A stretch of 64,000 nt of DNA from Patescibacteria group bacterium (GTDB taxonomy: Bacteria; Patescibacteriota; JABMPQ01; JAQVVF01): contig JBAZSC010000001.1 of assembly GCA_041662665.1 (NCBI GenBank), positions 257,511 to 321,510 on the forward strand, in the 5' to 3' direction. The stretch's first letter is position 1; every line of letters starts with the position of its first letter. This document shows positions 28,067 through 37,150 of this stretch, piece by piece. The notes under the pieces are model-generated. The model saw only the letters and a list, made by a program, of their open reading frames with translations. It ran no database searches and had not been told where the DNA came from. The translations under genes were made by a program, and so were the position numbers.

Positions 28067-29668
28067 TTATTCTGTCACTGCAATTGATGGAATTTCATCA
28101 GATCCGCGATCTGAAGTCATCTGGAAAAAGATCATCATTGCGAGCGATTGCTTGTCAGAGGTCAGGCTGTGGTAGAATTCACGCCAAGCCTTGCCTTGCT
28201 GTGAAGCATTTCGCATCTCAATGATTTCTTCAATCTGTGTTTGCAATTCTTGCTTTCCGGAAAGCATCTGATTGATGAACGTATCACGACGCTCTTCAAT
28301 CAAATCTTCGACTACAGAAGCAAGATAATCAAAATCCACAACATTCGAATCAACATGAAGACAAAAATCTCGATCGTCAGTATAGACCTCGAGCTCAATC
28401 TCGGGATAATGAGCTCTGATCCTAGCGACGATTTCTGCAGTATCCAAAAGGTCAACGCTCTGGAAGCCGGTGTTATAGATCACGAGCTGATTACGCTCTT
28501 TGTGACCAGTAACAACGAAATCCACGCGCTTTTTTCCAATTGGATACAAATCATTTGGTTCAATGTAAGGAGGCTTGCTGAAAAAGAATCTTGCAGTCTG
28601 TCCATTTACTCTGGACTGACTGAAATCTCCAACAAAATAGCTGATGCCATAACGGTTTACATAGCGACCCTTCTGCGATTCATTCAAGTTATAGCCAAAC
28701 ATTTCTCGAACTGAAAAGAAAGCTTCGATGCAGTAAAAAGCAGCTTGAACAGATTCTGCATAGAAGGCATGATCTCTTGAGCCGCCTGGTGTTACGCGAT
28801 AATTCATCCCTCGCATCAGGTTAGTGATGCCATAGAGATTATTCATCTCGTAATGAGGCCTGCCATCAAAAGGTCTGCCGTTGTCTTTTGCATCAATGAA
28901 ATCAGTCATGATTTGGATATGCTCGAAATTCGGAAGCTTAGTCAAGCGATCATTGTGAGCTCTGAATACCAGTCCAGTTGCAGACCAAGGCTGGTAGTAG
29001 AAAACTCTTCTGCCCTTCTGAAATTCTTCAGTACTGTAAGGGATATATTCATCTCCAATGCCCTTGCAGATAACAAGAGTCTGATCATCATATTCAGGGA
29101 AATGTCCATCATCATCTACGAATTCAACAAATACTTTGTCACGATCGAAAGAGAAAAGTTTGAAACTTTCGATCATTTTGTTCTTTACTGCAGACAGTCG
29201 CTTTGTTCTCAATGAGTTATCATTCAAAACAAAAACAACTCTCTTTGCATCTTCATTTGTTACTGTCTTAAGATTGGCATGATGATCATAATGAAACACT
29301 CTTTGTCCAGCCTTGAACTTTTCAGCAGTCCATGGGTCGAACTTGCATCCTGTATCAAGGTTAATGATCATTACGCGCGATCTTTTGACCGTGTTTCGAG
29401 CTACTGAAATTTCTGACTTTCCATCTGATTCTTCTTCATCATCAACATATGAAAGAAAACGTCCGAGTCCTGCATGGAAAAATCCATATTCAGTGTATGT
29501 CTCTCCGTTTTTCACAAACAACAAAATAATTCTAGCATCCATATTCGACAAACCAAAAGCTCGGCAAAACATGTCAAATGCACCTGCAACATCTCGATCT
29601 GGTGAGACATGTCCAACGAGAAGAATGAAATCCAAATGCAAATAATAAAACAAGTCTTTCAGTGCCAT
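28067..29668 (-). CDS. Divergent DHH/MYG1-like phosphoesterase (SD-led cassette)
   Basis: GHVSPDRD, LDTG, YDHH, SATGLV; start reassigned to the ATG at 29668 after AAGGAGG. Confidence 0.6.
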   Translation of the reverse strand: MALKDLFYYLHLDFILLVGHVSPDRDVAGAFDMFCRAFGLSNMDARIILLFVKNGETYTEYGFFHAGLGRFLSYVDDEEESDGKSEISVARNTVKRSRVMIINLDTGCKFDPWTAEKFKAGQRVFHYDHHANLKTVTNEDAKRVVFVLNDNSLRTKRLSAVKNKMIESFKLFSFDRDKVFVEFVDDDGHFPEYDDQTLVICKGIGDEYIPYSTEEFQKGRRVFYYQPWSATGLVFRAHNDRLTKLPNFEHIQIMTDFIDAKDNGRPFDGRPHYEMNNLYGITNLMRGMNYRVTPGGSRDHAFYAESVQAAFYCIEAFFSVREMFGYNLNESQKGRYVNRYGISYFVGDFSQSRVNGQTARFFFSKPPYIEPNDLYPIGKKRVDFVVTGHKERNQLVIYNTGFQSVDLLDTAEIVARIRAHYPEIELEVYTDDRDFCLHVDSNVVDFDYLASVVEDLIEERRDTFINQMLSGKQELQTQIEEIIEMRNASQQGKAWREFYHSLTSDKQSLAMMIFFQMTSDRGSDEIPSIAVTE

Positions 29669-29725
29669 CTCGTCCTCCTTTGGATTCAAAAATTGAGGGT
29701 ACGGTCCTGTCCCTTCGAACGTATT

Positions 29726-29754
29726 ATATTAGCATATCTTTTTTATTTTGTCAA
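29726..29754 (-). promoter_or_regulatory. Sigma70 promoter with extended -10
   Basis: TTGACA-17-TAATAT with TG at the extended -10 position; GTACCCT at 29696-29702 in the leader. Confidence 0.7.
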
Positions 29755-29905
29755 TGAAATGCTGATGATTTGTCTCAAATAAGCCAAAATGAGAATTTAA
29801 TATTAATAATATTTATGCACAATTTGAGAGACCATTCTTGCAGAATTTATATATATTTGCTATACTTAAATTGTTTAGAAAACACATATTTTTTGTATTA
29901 AATTT

Positions 29906-31966
29906 ATGGCTATAAAGAAAGACACCAAAAAAAACGCTCCTAAAAATCCATCAGAAAGCTATGGAGCTTCTTCAATTACAGTTTTAAAAGGCCTTGATCC
30001 TGTCCGCAAACGTCCAGGTATGTATATTGGCGGTACTGGCATTGAAGGCCTTCATCATTTAATTTGGGAAGTTGTAGATAACTCAATTGATGAAGCTATG
30101 GCTGGATATTGTAAAAATATTAAAGTTACTTTATTCGAAGGTAACAAAGTTACAGTTTATGATGATGGCCGTGGTATTCCAGTCGAAATTCACAAAGCTA
30201 CCAAGAAATCAACACTTGAAACTGTCTTGACTGTTTTGCACGCTGGTGGAAAATTCGGTGGTGGCGGTTATAAAGTTTCTGGTGGCTTGCATGGTGTTGG
30301 TGTTTCTGTTGTTAATGCATTATCACAATATTTGAAAGCTGAAGTTACAAGAGATGGTTATCTTTGGGAGCAAGAATATAAACGAGGCAAGGCACAAGGA
30401 AAAATTAAAAAAGTAAAAAAAGCTTCTGGCACTGGCACAGCAATTACTTTTGATCCAGATCCAGAAATTTTTCCAAAGATAGAATTTGATTGGAAAACAA
30501 TTGTTACTCATTTGCGCCAACAAGCTTATTTAACAAAAGGCGTCAAAATTTCCATCACTGATGAAAGAAAAGGACATGAATTAGCGCCAAATATTCCACG
30601 CGCTCTGACTTTTTATTTTGAAGGTGGAATTTTATCATATGTAAAATTTTTAAATCGCACTGAAAAAGTAGTTCATCCAAATCCTTTTTATATTGAAAAA
30701 GCAAAAGGCGATTGTTTGGTAGAAGTAGCGTTGCAATATACTGAAGAGATCAAAGGTATTGAAATGACTTTCGCCAATAATATTTATACTCCAGAAGGTG
30801 GTACTCATCTGATGGGTTTCAGAACTGCTCTAACTCGTGTTATTAATGATTATGCTCGAAAAAATGGTTACCTCAAAGAAAAAGAAGACAATTTAACTGG
30901 TGATGATGTTCGTGAAGGACAGACAGCAGTTGTTTCTCTAAAACTTCCAGAGCCTCAATTTGAAGGCCAAACAAAAGCAAAATTAGGCAATTCCGAAATT
31001 AGGCCAATTGTTAGTTCAATTGTTTATGAATATTTCTCTCAATTCTTAGAAGAGCATCCGCAAGATGCGCGAGCTATTATGGCAAAAACTTTGCTAGCTT
31101 GCAAAGCCAGACTCGCTGCTAAAGCTGCCAAAGAAACAGTAATTAGAAAAGGCATTATGGAAGGTCTGACTTTGCCAGGAAAATTAGCCGATTGTTCATC
31201 AAGAAAACCAGAAGAATCTGAATTATACATTGTTGAGGGCGACTCCGCTGGTGGTTCTGCCAAACAAGGTCGTGATCGAAATTTCCAAGCCATTCTTCCT
31301 CTTCGCGGTAAAATTTTAAATGTCGAAAGAGCAAGAATTGACAAAATGCTAGGTTCAAAAGAAATCAAAGCTTTGATTATTGCTATGGGTATGGGAGTTG
31401 GTGAAGAAAAAGAAATTGAAAAAATGCGTTATCACAGAATAATTATCATGACTGATGCTGATGTTGATGGCGCTCACATCAGAACTTTGCTATTAACTTT
31501 TTTCTATCGCTATTATGCAGAAATAATCGAAAAAGGCTATCTTTATATTGCTCAACCGCCATTATATCGAGTTGAAAAGAATAAAAAAGTCGATTATGCC
31601 TATACTGATCAAGATAAAGAAAGAATCTTAAAAGAAATTGAAAAAACATCTGTTGCCAAAAAAACTAAAAAAAGCAAAATAGAAAAAGCTGGATTTACTG
31701 TTAAAGAATTGGAAACAGGTGAAGAAAATGGTGAAGAAAAAGTCGCTGGCGTTAATATTCAGCGTTACAAAGGTTTGGGTGAAATGAATCCTGAACAATT
31801 ATGGGAAACAACAATGGATCCAAAAAATCGCGTTATGCTTCAAGTTAAAGTAGAGGACGCAGCAAAAGCTGATGAAACTTTTGATATTTTGATGGGCAAT
31901 GAAGTTGAGCCTCGCAAACGTTTTATTCAAACTCATGCTGCCAAAGTTAAAAATTTGGATATCTAA
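29906..31966 (+). CDS. gyrB: DNA gyrase subunit B
   Basis: VRKRPGMYIG, EVVDNSIDE, VEGDSAGG, PLRGK, QRYKGLGEM. Confidence 0.98.
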   Translation: MAIKKDTKKNAPKNPSESYGASSITVLKGLDPVRKRPGMYIGGTGIEGLHHLIWEVVDNSIDEAMAGYCKNIKVTLFEGNKVTVYDDGRGIPVEIHKATKKSTLETVLTVLHAGGKFGGGGYKVSGGLHGVGVSVVNALSQYLKAEVTRDGYLWEQEYKRGKAQGKIKKVKKASGTGTAITFDPDPEIFPKIEFDWKTIVTHLRQQAYLTKGVKISITDERKGHELAPNIPRALTFYFEGGILSYVKFLNRTEKVVHPNPFYIEKAKGDCLVEVALQYTEEIKGIEMTFANNIYTPEGGTHLMGFRTALTRVINDYARKNGYLKEKEDNLTGDDVREGQTAVVSLKLPEPQFEGQTKAKLGNSEIRPIVSSIVYEYFSQFLEEHPQDARAIMAKTLLACKARLAAKAAKETVIRKGIMEGLTLPGKLADCSSRKPEESELYIVEGDSAGGSAKQGRDRNFQAILPLRGKILNVERARIDKMLGSKEIKALIIAMGMGVGEEKEIEKMRYHRIIIMTDADVDGAHIRTLLLTFFYRYYAEIIEKGYLYIAQPPLYRVEKNKKVDYAYTDQDKERILKEIEKTSVAKKTKKSKIEKAGFTVKELETGEENGEEKVAGVNIQRYKGLGEMNPEQLWETTMDPKNRVMLQVKVEDAAKADETFDILMGNEVEPRKRFIQTHAAKVKNLDI

Positions 31967-32035
31967 ATTTAGGTACTTAGTTTCTCAGGCACTTAGGGAT
32001 TTTAAAACAATAAAAAAAGAGAGACAATTCTCTCT

Positions 32036-32380
32036 CTACCAATATAGTACAATTATCAAAGTATCAGAATCACCAAAGGTTTCAGGAATATCAAGCACTC
32101 CAGTGATCAGAAGATAGCATTTTTCTTCTTGAAAACCATCAATGTCATGCCAACAACAAACTCTGTTCGAAAAGCTCTCATCAGAAAAACAACCAATTGC
32201 GCATTCAGAATCATCTTCTAGATTTCCAGACCAAGCCTGCATTTCAAAAACGGGAAATTGTCCACAAGCACTTTCCATTTCATCTTCATCTTTATCAAAC
32301 ATTGCTTCAGAATTGTTAACAAAAGAACAAACCATCAAAATGCACATCACTGAAATCACCAAGAGCCCTGTTTTCCTCAT
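32036..32380 (-). CDS. Small exported Cys/acid-rich protein (SD-led cassette)
   Basis: N-terminal signal peptide ending SEA; GAGGAGGAGG SD; TTGACA at 32433-32438 then 17 nt to TATTTT; GCACCTT at 32396-32402. Confidence 0.65.
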   Translation of the reverse strand: MRKTGLLVISVMCILMVCSFVNNSEAMFDKDEDEMESACGQFPVFEMQAWSGNLEDDSECAIGCFSDESFSNRVCCWHDIDGFQEEKCYLLITGVLDIPETFGDSDTLIIVLYW

Positions 32381-32554
32381 TTTTTCCTCCTCCTCAAGGT
32401 GCTACAGAAAAAATATCATTGTTTTTGATTTTTGTCAATATCATCCCAAAAAATAAAAAACTCTTGACAATCTAATTATTTATTAATATAATGGAACTAA
32501 TAAATAGTGGTTCCAGCCGCTGTTTTTTTAAACATAAATTACTGATTGGAAATC

Positions 32555-32643
32555 TTTCTGCGTTTTCCGCGTTGGATTCCGCATTTTCCGCGTTAAAAAC
32601 TTTATCGCAGAAAAACGCAGAATTGAACGCAGAAAACGCGGAA
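32555..32643. repeat. TTCTGCG/CGCAGAA inverted array
   Basis: ttctgcgttttccgcgttggattccgc ... cgcagaaaaacgcagaattgaacgcagaaaacgcggaa. Confidence 0.85.
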
Positions 32644-32666
32644 TAAGAACAATCAAAAAAAATATT

Positions 32667-32864
32667 ATGAAGATCAAAGAAATTTTTCCAAAAGTTATCA
32701 ATTATTTTAAGGAATCCAGAGAAGAATTAAAAAAAGTTGTATGGCCAACTAGACAAGAATTATTTCGCCATACTTTAATCGTTATCGGCGTTTCACTTGT
32801 AACAGCTGCATTTTTGGGAGTTTTCGATTACGGATTTTCTAAATTATTGCAATTATTTATTTAA
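32667..32864 (+). CDS. secE: Preprotein translocase SecE
   Basis: ELKKVVWPTR plus one TM; lies upstream of nusG. Confidence 0.95.
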   Translation: MKIKEIFPKVINYFKESREELKKVVWPTRQELFRHTLIVIGVSLVTAAFLGVFDYGFSKLLQLFI

Positions 32865-32906
32865 TTTCTAGTTACTTATTACTAGTTACTAATTACTATA
32901 TTTTTT

Positions 32907-33452
32907 ATGCCAAAGCAAATAGGCCCAAAGGAAAGACAATGGTATGTTTTGCACACTTATTCTGGTTATGAAGAAAATGTCTCAGAAAATTTAAAACAGA
33001 GAATTGAGTCCATGAATATGCAGGACAAGATTTTTAATGTTTTAGTTCCAAAAGAAAAAAAGATCAAAATTAAGAATGGTAAAAGAAAAACAGTTGAAGA
33101 AAAAGTTTATCCTGGCTATGTTTTAGTTGAAATGATTGTAACTGATGAGTCATGGTATGTTGTAAGAAATACTCCGAATGTAACAGGCTTCATTGGTTCT
33201 GGCACAATTCCACTTCCTATTTCTGAAAAAGAATATGAATCATTGAAAAAGAGAATGGGAGTTGAAGAGCCAAAATTCAAGATTGATGTTGCAATTGGCG
33301 AGACTGTTAAAATCACTGATGGCCCATTCAAAGATTTTGATGGCAAAGTCAACAAAATTGATGAAGAAAAAGGAACAGTCAAAGTCCTTGTTAATATGTT
33401 TGGCAGAGAAACTCCAGTTGAATTAGACTTTTTGCAGATAAAGAAAATATAA
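32907..33452 (+). CDS. nusG: Transcription termination/antitermination factor NusG
   Basis: WYVLHTYSGYE, PGYVLVEM, MFGRETPVEL. Confidence 0.98.
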   Translation: MPKQIGPKERQWYVLHTYSGYEENVSENLKQRIESMNMQDKIFNVLVPKEKKIKIKNGKRKTVEEKVYPGYVLVEMIVTDESWYVVRNTPNVTGFIGSGTIPLPISEKEYESLKKRMGVEEPKFKIDVAIGETVKITDGPFKDFDGKVNKIDEEKGTVKVLVNMFGRETPVELDFLQIKKI

Positions 33453-33460
33453 ACAAAAAA

Positions 33461-33571
33461 GAATCTGGAATCTAGAATCTCGAATCTAGAATAGAATTTA
33501 GAATGTGAAATATTCTAAATTCTACATTCTTTATTCATTCTAGATTCTAAATTCAAGATTCCAGATTCTCG
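33461..33571. repeat. Inverted 7-mer array (GAATCTA/TAGATTC)
   Basis: gaatctg-gaatcta-gaatctc-gaatcta ... tagattc...aagattc-cagattc. Confidence 0.85.
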
Positions 33572-33586
33572 TATTAAAATAATAAA

Positions 33587-34126
33587 ATGTTAATTATCCA
33601 AGCTCTATATTTTATTCTGCCAGCCGGAATAGCCAACATGGCTCCAGTTTTCGCGAAGAAGATTAATTTTTTAAATATACCTGTTGATTTCGGTCAAAGT
33701 TTTCGCGGTCAAAGAATTTTTGGTGATCACAAAACTTGGCGAGGATATTTTGCTGCAATTCTAGTTGGTGTTATCATCGCCGGTATCCAAGCATATCTAT
33801 ATTTCAATTTCGAATTCTTTCAATCCTTGACAATCTTCCCATTTCGGGCGTATAATTTTATACTATTCGGTTTTTTATCAGCTTTAGGTGCAATGGTTGG
33901 GGATACAGTTAAAAGTTTTTTCAAACGTCAAGCACATGTACAGCCTGGACAAAAATTTGTTCCTTGGGATCAAATTGATTTCATCCTCGGCGCATTAATC
34001 TTTATCTCATTCTATTTTCGACCAAATTGGTTAGTCTATGTCATTTTATTAATCCTAGTTCCATTCTTCCATATCTTAATTAATAGAATTGGATTCTGGT
34101 TAGGAATACATAAGACGAAGTGGTAA
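33587..34126 (+). CDS. CDP-archaeol synthase (CarS)-like membrane protein
   Basis: ILPAGIANMAPV, PVDFG, FGDHKTWRG, GDTVKSFFKR, DQIDF. Confidence 0.85.
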   Translation: MLIIQALYFILPAGIANMAPVFAKKINFLNIPVDFGQSFRGQRIFGDHKTWRGYFAAILVGVIIAGIQAYLYFNFEFFQSLTIFPFRAYNFILFGFLSALGAMVGDTVKSFFKRQAHVQPGQKFVPWDQIDFILGALIFISFYFRPNWLVYVILLILVPFFHILINRIGFWLGIHKTKW

Positions 34127-34129
34127 ATG

Positions 34130-34249
34130 TAATACGAATTTACGAAATTAATTTGCGACCTTAGAAGCAAATTAATGCTAATATAGCGAAAATACGAATC
34201 GACGTATTCGCATATTCGCAGATTGGCATAAATTCGTAGATTCGTATTA
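34130..34249. repeat. Inverted array (TACGAAT/ATTCGTA)
   Basis: taatacgaatttacgaa ... ttcgtagattcgtatta. Confidence 0.8.
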
Positions 34250-34284
34250 TATATAAATTATTAACTAAGTATTAAACAATATTT

Positions 34285-34707
34285 ATGGCAAAAATCAAGA
34301 CAGTGATCAAACTTCAAATTCCAGCTGCAAAAGCAAATCCAGCTCCTCCAATTGGTCCAGCATTAGGCCAACATGGTTTGAATATTCAGGAATTTTGTAC
34401 AAAATTTAATGCTGCAACAAAAGACAAAGCTGGAGATATTATTCCAGTAGAAATTACTGTTTACGAAGATCGAACTTACGATTTTATTTTAAAAACTCCT
34501 CCAGCAGCTGAATTATTAAAAAAAGCTGCAAAAATTAAAAAAGGTTCAGGAACTCCAAATAAACAAAAAGTTGGAGTAGTCACAAAAGCTCAATTGCAAG
34601 AAATTGCAAAAGTAAAAATGCCTGACCTAAATACTGATAATGTTGAACAAGCAATGAAAATCATTGAAGGTACAGCAAAAAATATGGGACTTACCATTAA
34701 AGGTTAG
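34285..34707 (+). CDS. rplK: 50S ribosomal protein L11
   Basis: [27 protein letters not shown]. Confidence 0.98.
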   Translation: MAKIKTVIKLQIPAAKANPAPPIGPALGQHGLNIQEFCTKFNAATKDKAGDIIPVEITVYEDRTYDFILKTPPAAELLKKAAKIKKGSGTPNKQKVGVVTKAQLQEIAKVKMPDLNTDNVEQAMKIIEGTAKNMGLTIKG

Positions 34708-34713
34708 TTTTTC

Positions 34714-34804
34714 TTTCTGCGTTTTTCTGCGTAAGTTTTTGCGTGATTCTGCGTTCAAGATTTTAACGCAGAGATACGCAGAATTTGACGCAGAAGACGC
34801 AGAA
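34714..34804. repeat. TTCTGCG/CGCAGAA inverted array
   Basis: ttctgcg repeats followed by acgcaga repeats. Confidence 0.85.
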
Positions 34805-34831
34805 TTAATATAAACGTCAATCAAAAATAAA

Positions 34832-35419
34832 ATGTTTATCAAAGAAATAAAAAAGTATTCTGATAATATTTTACCGCTTAAGTTTTATAAATTCTTAGAG
34901 CGAATAGGGTTGTCTCCAAACAAGCTTACCCTTATCGCTCTTTTTTTTAAGATTTTAGTACTATATTTTTTTTATAATGGACAAATCGTTTTAGGCGGAA
35001 TTTTCATCGTCTGTGATTATCTTTTTGATTATATGGATGGCACAATGGCAAGACGTTTAGACAAAGTTACGCCATTTGGTACTTTTTATGATACTGTTTT
35101 AGATAGATTTTTTCGAACTGCAGGCTGGCCATTATCTTTGGCATTTGGTAATATAATTACCTTCAAAATTGCTGCATTAGTAGTTGCCTTCAATTTACTC
35201 TTGATTTTTTCATCTAGCGTGGTAGAATCATATAAGTTGCGTCATTTCCCATACATGCTAAATGTATTTTACTTAATTCCTTATGGCGCATTGTTAAATC
35301 AAGTTGAGTTATTTGCTACATTAGAAGCTATTGTTGCCTTTATCTTACTTATTTTTAACACTATTACAATAATCGTTTTAAATTTTAATTATAATAGTGG
35401 AAGCTTGAAAAAGCGTTAA
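34832..35419 (+). CDS. CDP-alcohol phosphatidyltransferase family protein
   Basis: SPNKLT; DYMDGTMAR...G..YD...DR signature. Confidence 0.88.
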   Translation: MFIKEIKKYSDNILPLKFYKFLERIGLSPNKLTLIALFFKILVLYFFYNGQIVLGGIFIVCDYLFDYMDGTMARRLDKVTPFGTFYDTVLDRFFRTAGWPLSLAFGNIITFKIAALVVAFNLLLIFSSSVVESYKLRHFPYMLNVFYLIPYGALLNQVELFATLEAIVAFILLIFNTITIIVLNFNYNSGSLKKR

Positions 35420-35425
35420 AACCAC
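35397..35425 (+). promoter_or_regulatory. Putative ribosomal protein L1-binding leader
   Basis: GTGG-AAGC...GC-GTTAA-ACCAC stem with asymmetric internal loop upstream of rplA, resembling known L1 autoregulatory sites. Confidence 0.55.
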
Positions 35426-35491
35426 ACACTTTAAGTTAATTAATTAATCTTTATTTATAAAATTAATTAAGAAATCTTAAAGCAAATCACA

Positions 35492-36319
35492 ATGGCAAAA
35501 GAAAAAGAAATCAAAGAGAAAAAAGTTAAAGAAGTTGAGGATAAGAAAGAAGCTAAGGAAGAAAAAACTGCAACCACAAAAGCACCAAAAGAAGAAGAAA
35601 AGACACCAAAGAAAGTAAAGAAAGTTGTTAAAAAACAACCTCGCAAAAGAAGCAAGAGGTATTTAGCTTTGAAAAAAGAAGTTAAAAATCAACGCTATTC
35701 TGTAGAAGAAGCAATTGAATTAGCTAAAAAAACTTCAACAACAAAATTTGATGGTTCAATCGAAGTTCATGTTAGATTAGGAATTGATATCGGAAAATCT
35801 GATCAAATGGTCAGAGGATCAGTAAAATTTCCAAATCCAACAGGCAGAAAAATCAGAATTGCAGCATTTGTTGAAGAACAAAATCAAAAAGCAGCTAAAG
35901 AAGCTGGTGCAGAAGTAGTTGGTGGCGAAGAATTAATTAAACAAATTAAAGAAACAAAGAAATGCGATTTTGATGTTGCAGTAGCTGAACCAAAGATGAT
36001 GCCAAAATTAGGCCAAATTGCTAAAATTTTGGGTCCAAAAGGTTTAATGCCAACACCAAAAAATCAAACTGTTTCTATAACTCCAGATAAAACAATTAAA
36101 GAATTAATGGGCGGAAAAACAGCTTTCAAAAATGATGCAAATGGCATTATTCATATTATGATTGGCAAGGCTTCATTTGATTCCAAAAAATTAGTTGATA
36201 ACTTGAATATCTTTATTGAAGAATTAAAAAAATTAAAACCAGAAAAAGTTAAAGGTGATTTTATAAAAAGACTTACAGTTTGTTCCACAATGGGACCTGG
36301 TGTAAAAGTCAGAGTTTAA
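35492..36319 (+). CDS. rplA: 50S ribosomal protein L1 with Lys/Glu-rich N-terminal extension
   Basis: KFDGSIEVHVRLG, LGPKGLMP, STMGPGVK. Confidence 0.97.
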   Translation: MAKEKEIKEKKVKEVEDKKEAKEEKTATTKAPKEEEKTPKKVKKVVKKQPRKRSKRYLALKKEVKNQRYSVEEAIELAKKTSTTKFDGSIEVHVRLGIDIGKSDQMVRGSVKFPNPTGRKIRIAAFVEEQNQKAAKEAGAEVVGGEELIKQIKETKKCDFDVAVAEPKMMPKLGQIAKILGPKGLMPTPKNQTVSITPDKTIKELMGGKTAFKNDANGIIHIMIGKASFDSKKLVDNLNIFIEELKKLKPEKVKGDFIKRLTVCSTMGPGVKVRV

Positions 36320-36388
36320 TAAAATTAAATCAAAATTTAGTATAAATAAAAAAAGGCTAGCAATAGCCTTTTTGGTTAAAGTGCGTTT

Positions 36389-36967
36389 TTAATGTAAGTC
36401 AGCAAGAAATTCTTGAATCGGTTCAAACATAATTTTCAAGCCCTTGAATTCTTCCAAAAATGGTTGAATCTTTTTATATTCTGTCCATAGCGGTTTATAG
36501 AATAAAACATTTCCAGCATCAATCTCTCTTAAACAATAATACAATCTTACAAAAAGTTCACTTGCTCTAAACAGTCGACTTTCGATAGAAGATCCTTTTT
36601 GAATATCATATAGACTTAGCAGTTTTCCTTGAAAATCGATCGGCAAGAATACAACCATTTCTTGGAACTTAACTTTTTCAAGTCTTTCATCTTCTTCTGT
36701 CTTATAAGGCTCTTGAATATCTCCAAAATCATCTGCAGCTTCTCCAAAATCATGGATAGTTGCTAAGTCTGAAAGTATTTCGCCATCAAATTCAATTTCT
36801 GAATCATATTTCCTTACCATCATTTTTACAAGTTGGACAATGACCAAAAGCTTGAGTGTATGTTGAGCAACATTCTCTGGAAATAGACGAGGATCCTTCT
36901 TCCATCTTTGTTCGTCTTGTAAGCCTTGCGCGATTTTCACTAAGCCTTCTTCGATCCGGTGCGGCAT
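36389..36967 (-). CDS. HD-domain hydrolase, YfbR/5'-deoxynucleotidase-like (SD-led cassette)
   Basis: RW...ENVAQHT, IHDFGEA...GDI; AAGGAGG SD; TTGATA at 37093-37098 then 17 nt to TAATTT. Confidence 0.8.
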   Translation of the reverse strand: MPHRIEEGLVKIAQGLQDEQRWKKDPRLFPENVAQHTLKLLVIVQLVKMMVRKYDSEIEFDGEILSDLATIHDFGEAADDFGDIQEPYKTEEDERLEKVKFQEMVVFLPIDFQGKLLSLYDIQKGSSIESRLFRASELFVRLYYCLREIDAGNVLFYKPLWTEYKKIQPFLEEFKGLKIMFEPIQEFLADLH

Positions 36968-37150
36968 CTTCCTTTCCTCCTTTTCCCTCTTGTTTTTTTC
37001 TTAATTTTTTTTTAAAATATAAAGAACACCTAAATTCCTTTTTCATCAAAATAAATGAACAATCATTTCAAATTAACATTTTTTCGAAAACATATCAACA
37101 ATATTTTTAAATATTTTTCACTTTTAGTTTTTCATTTTTAATTTTAAAAT

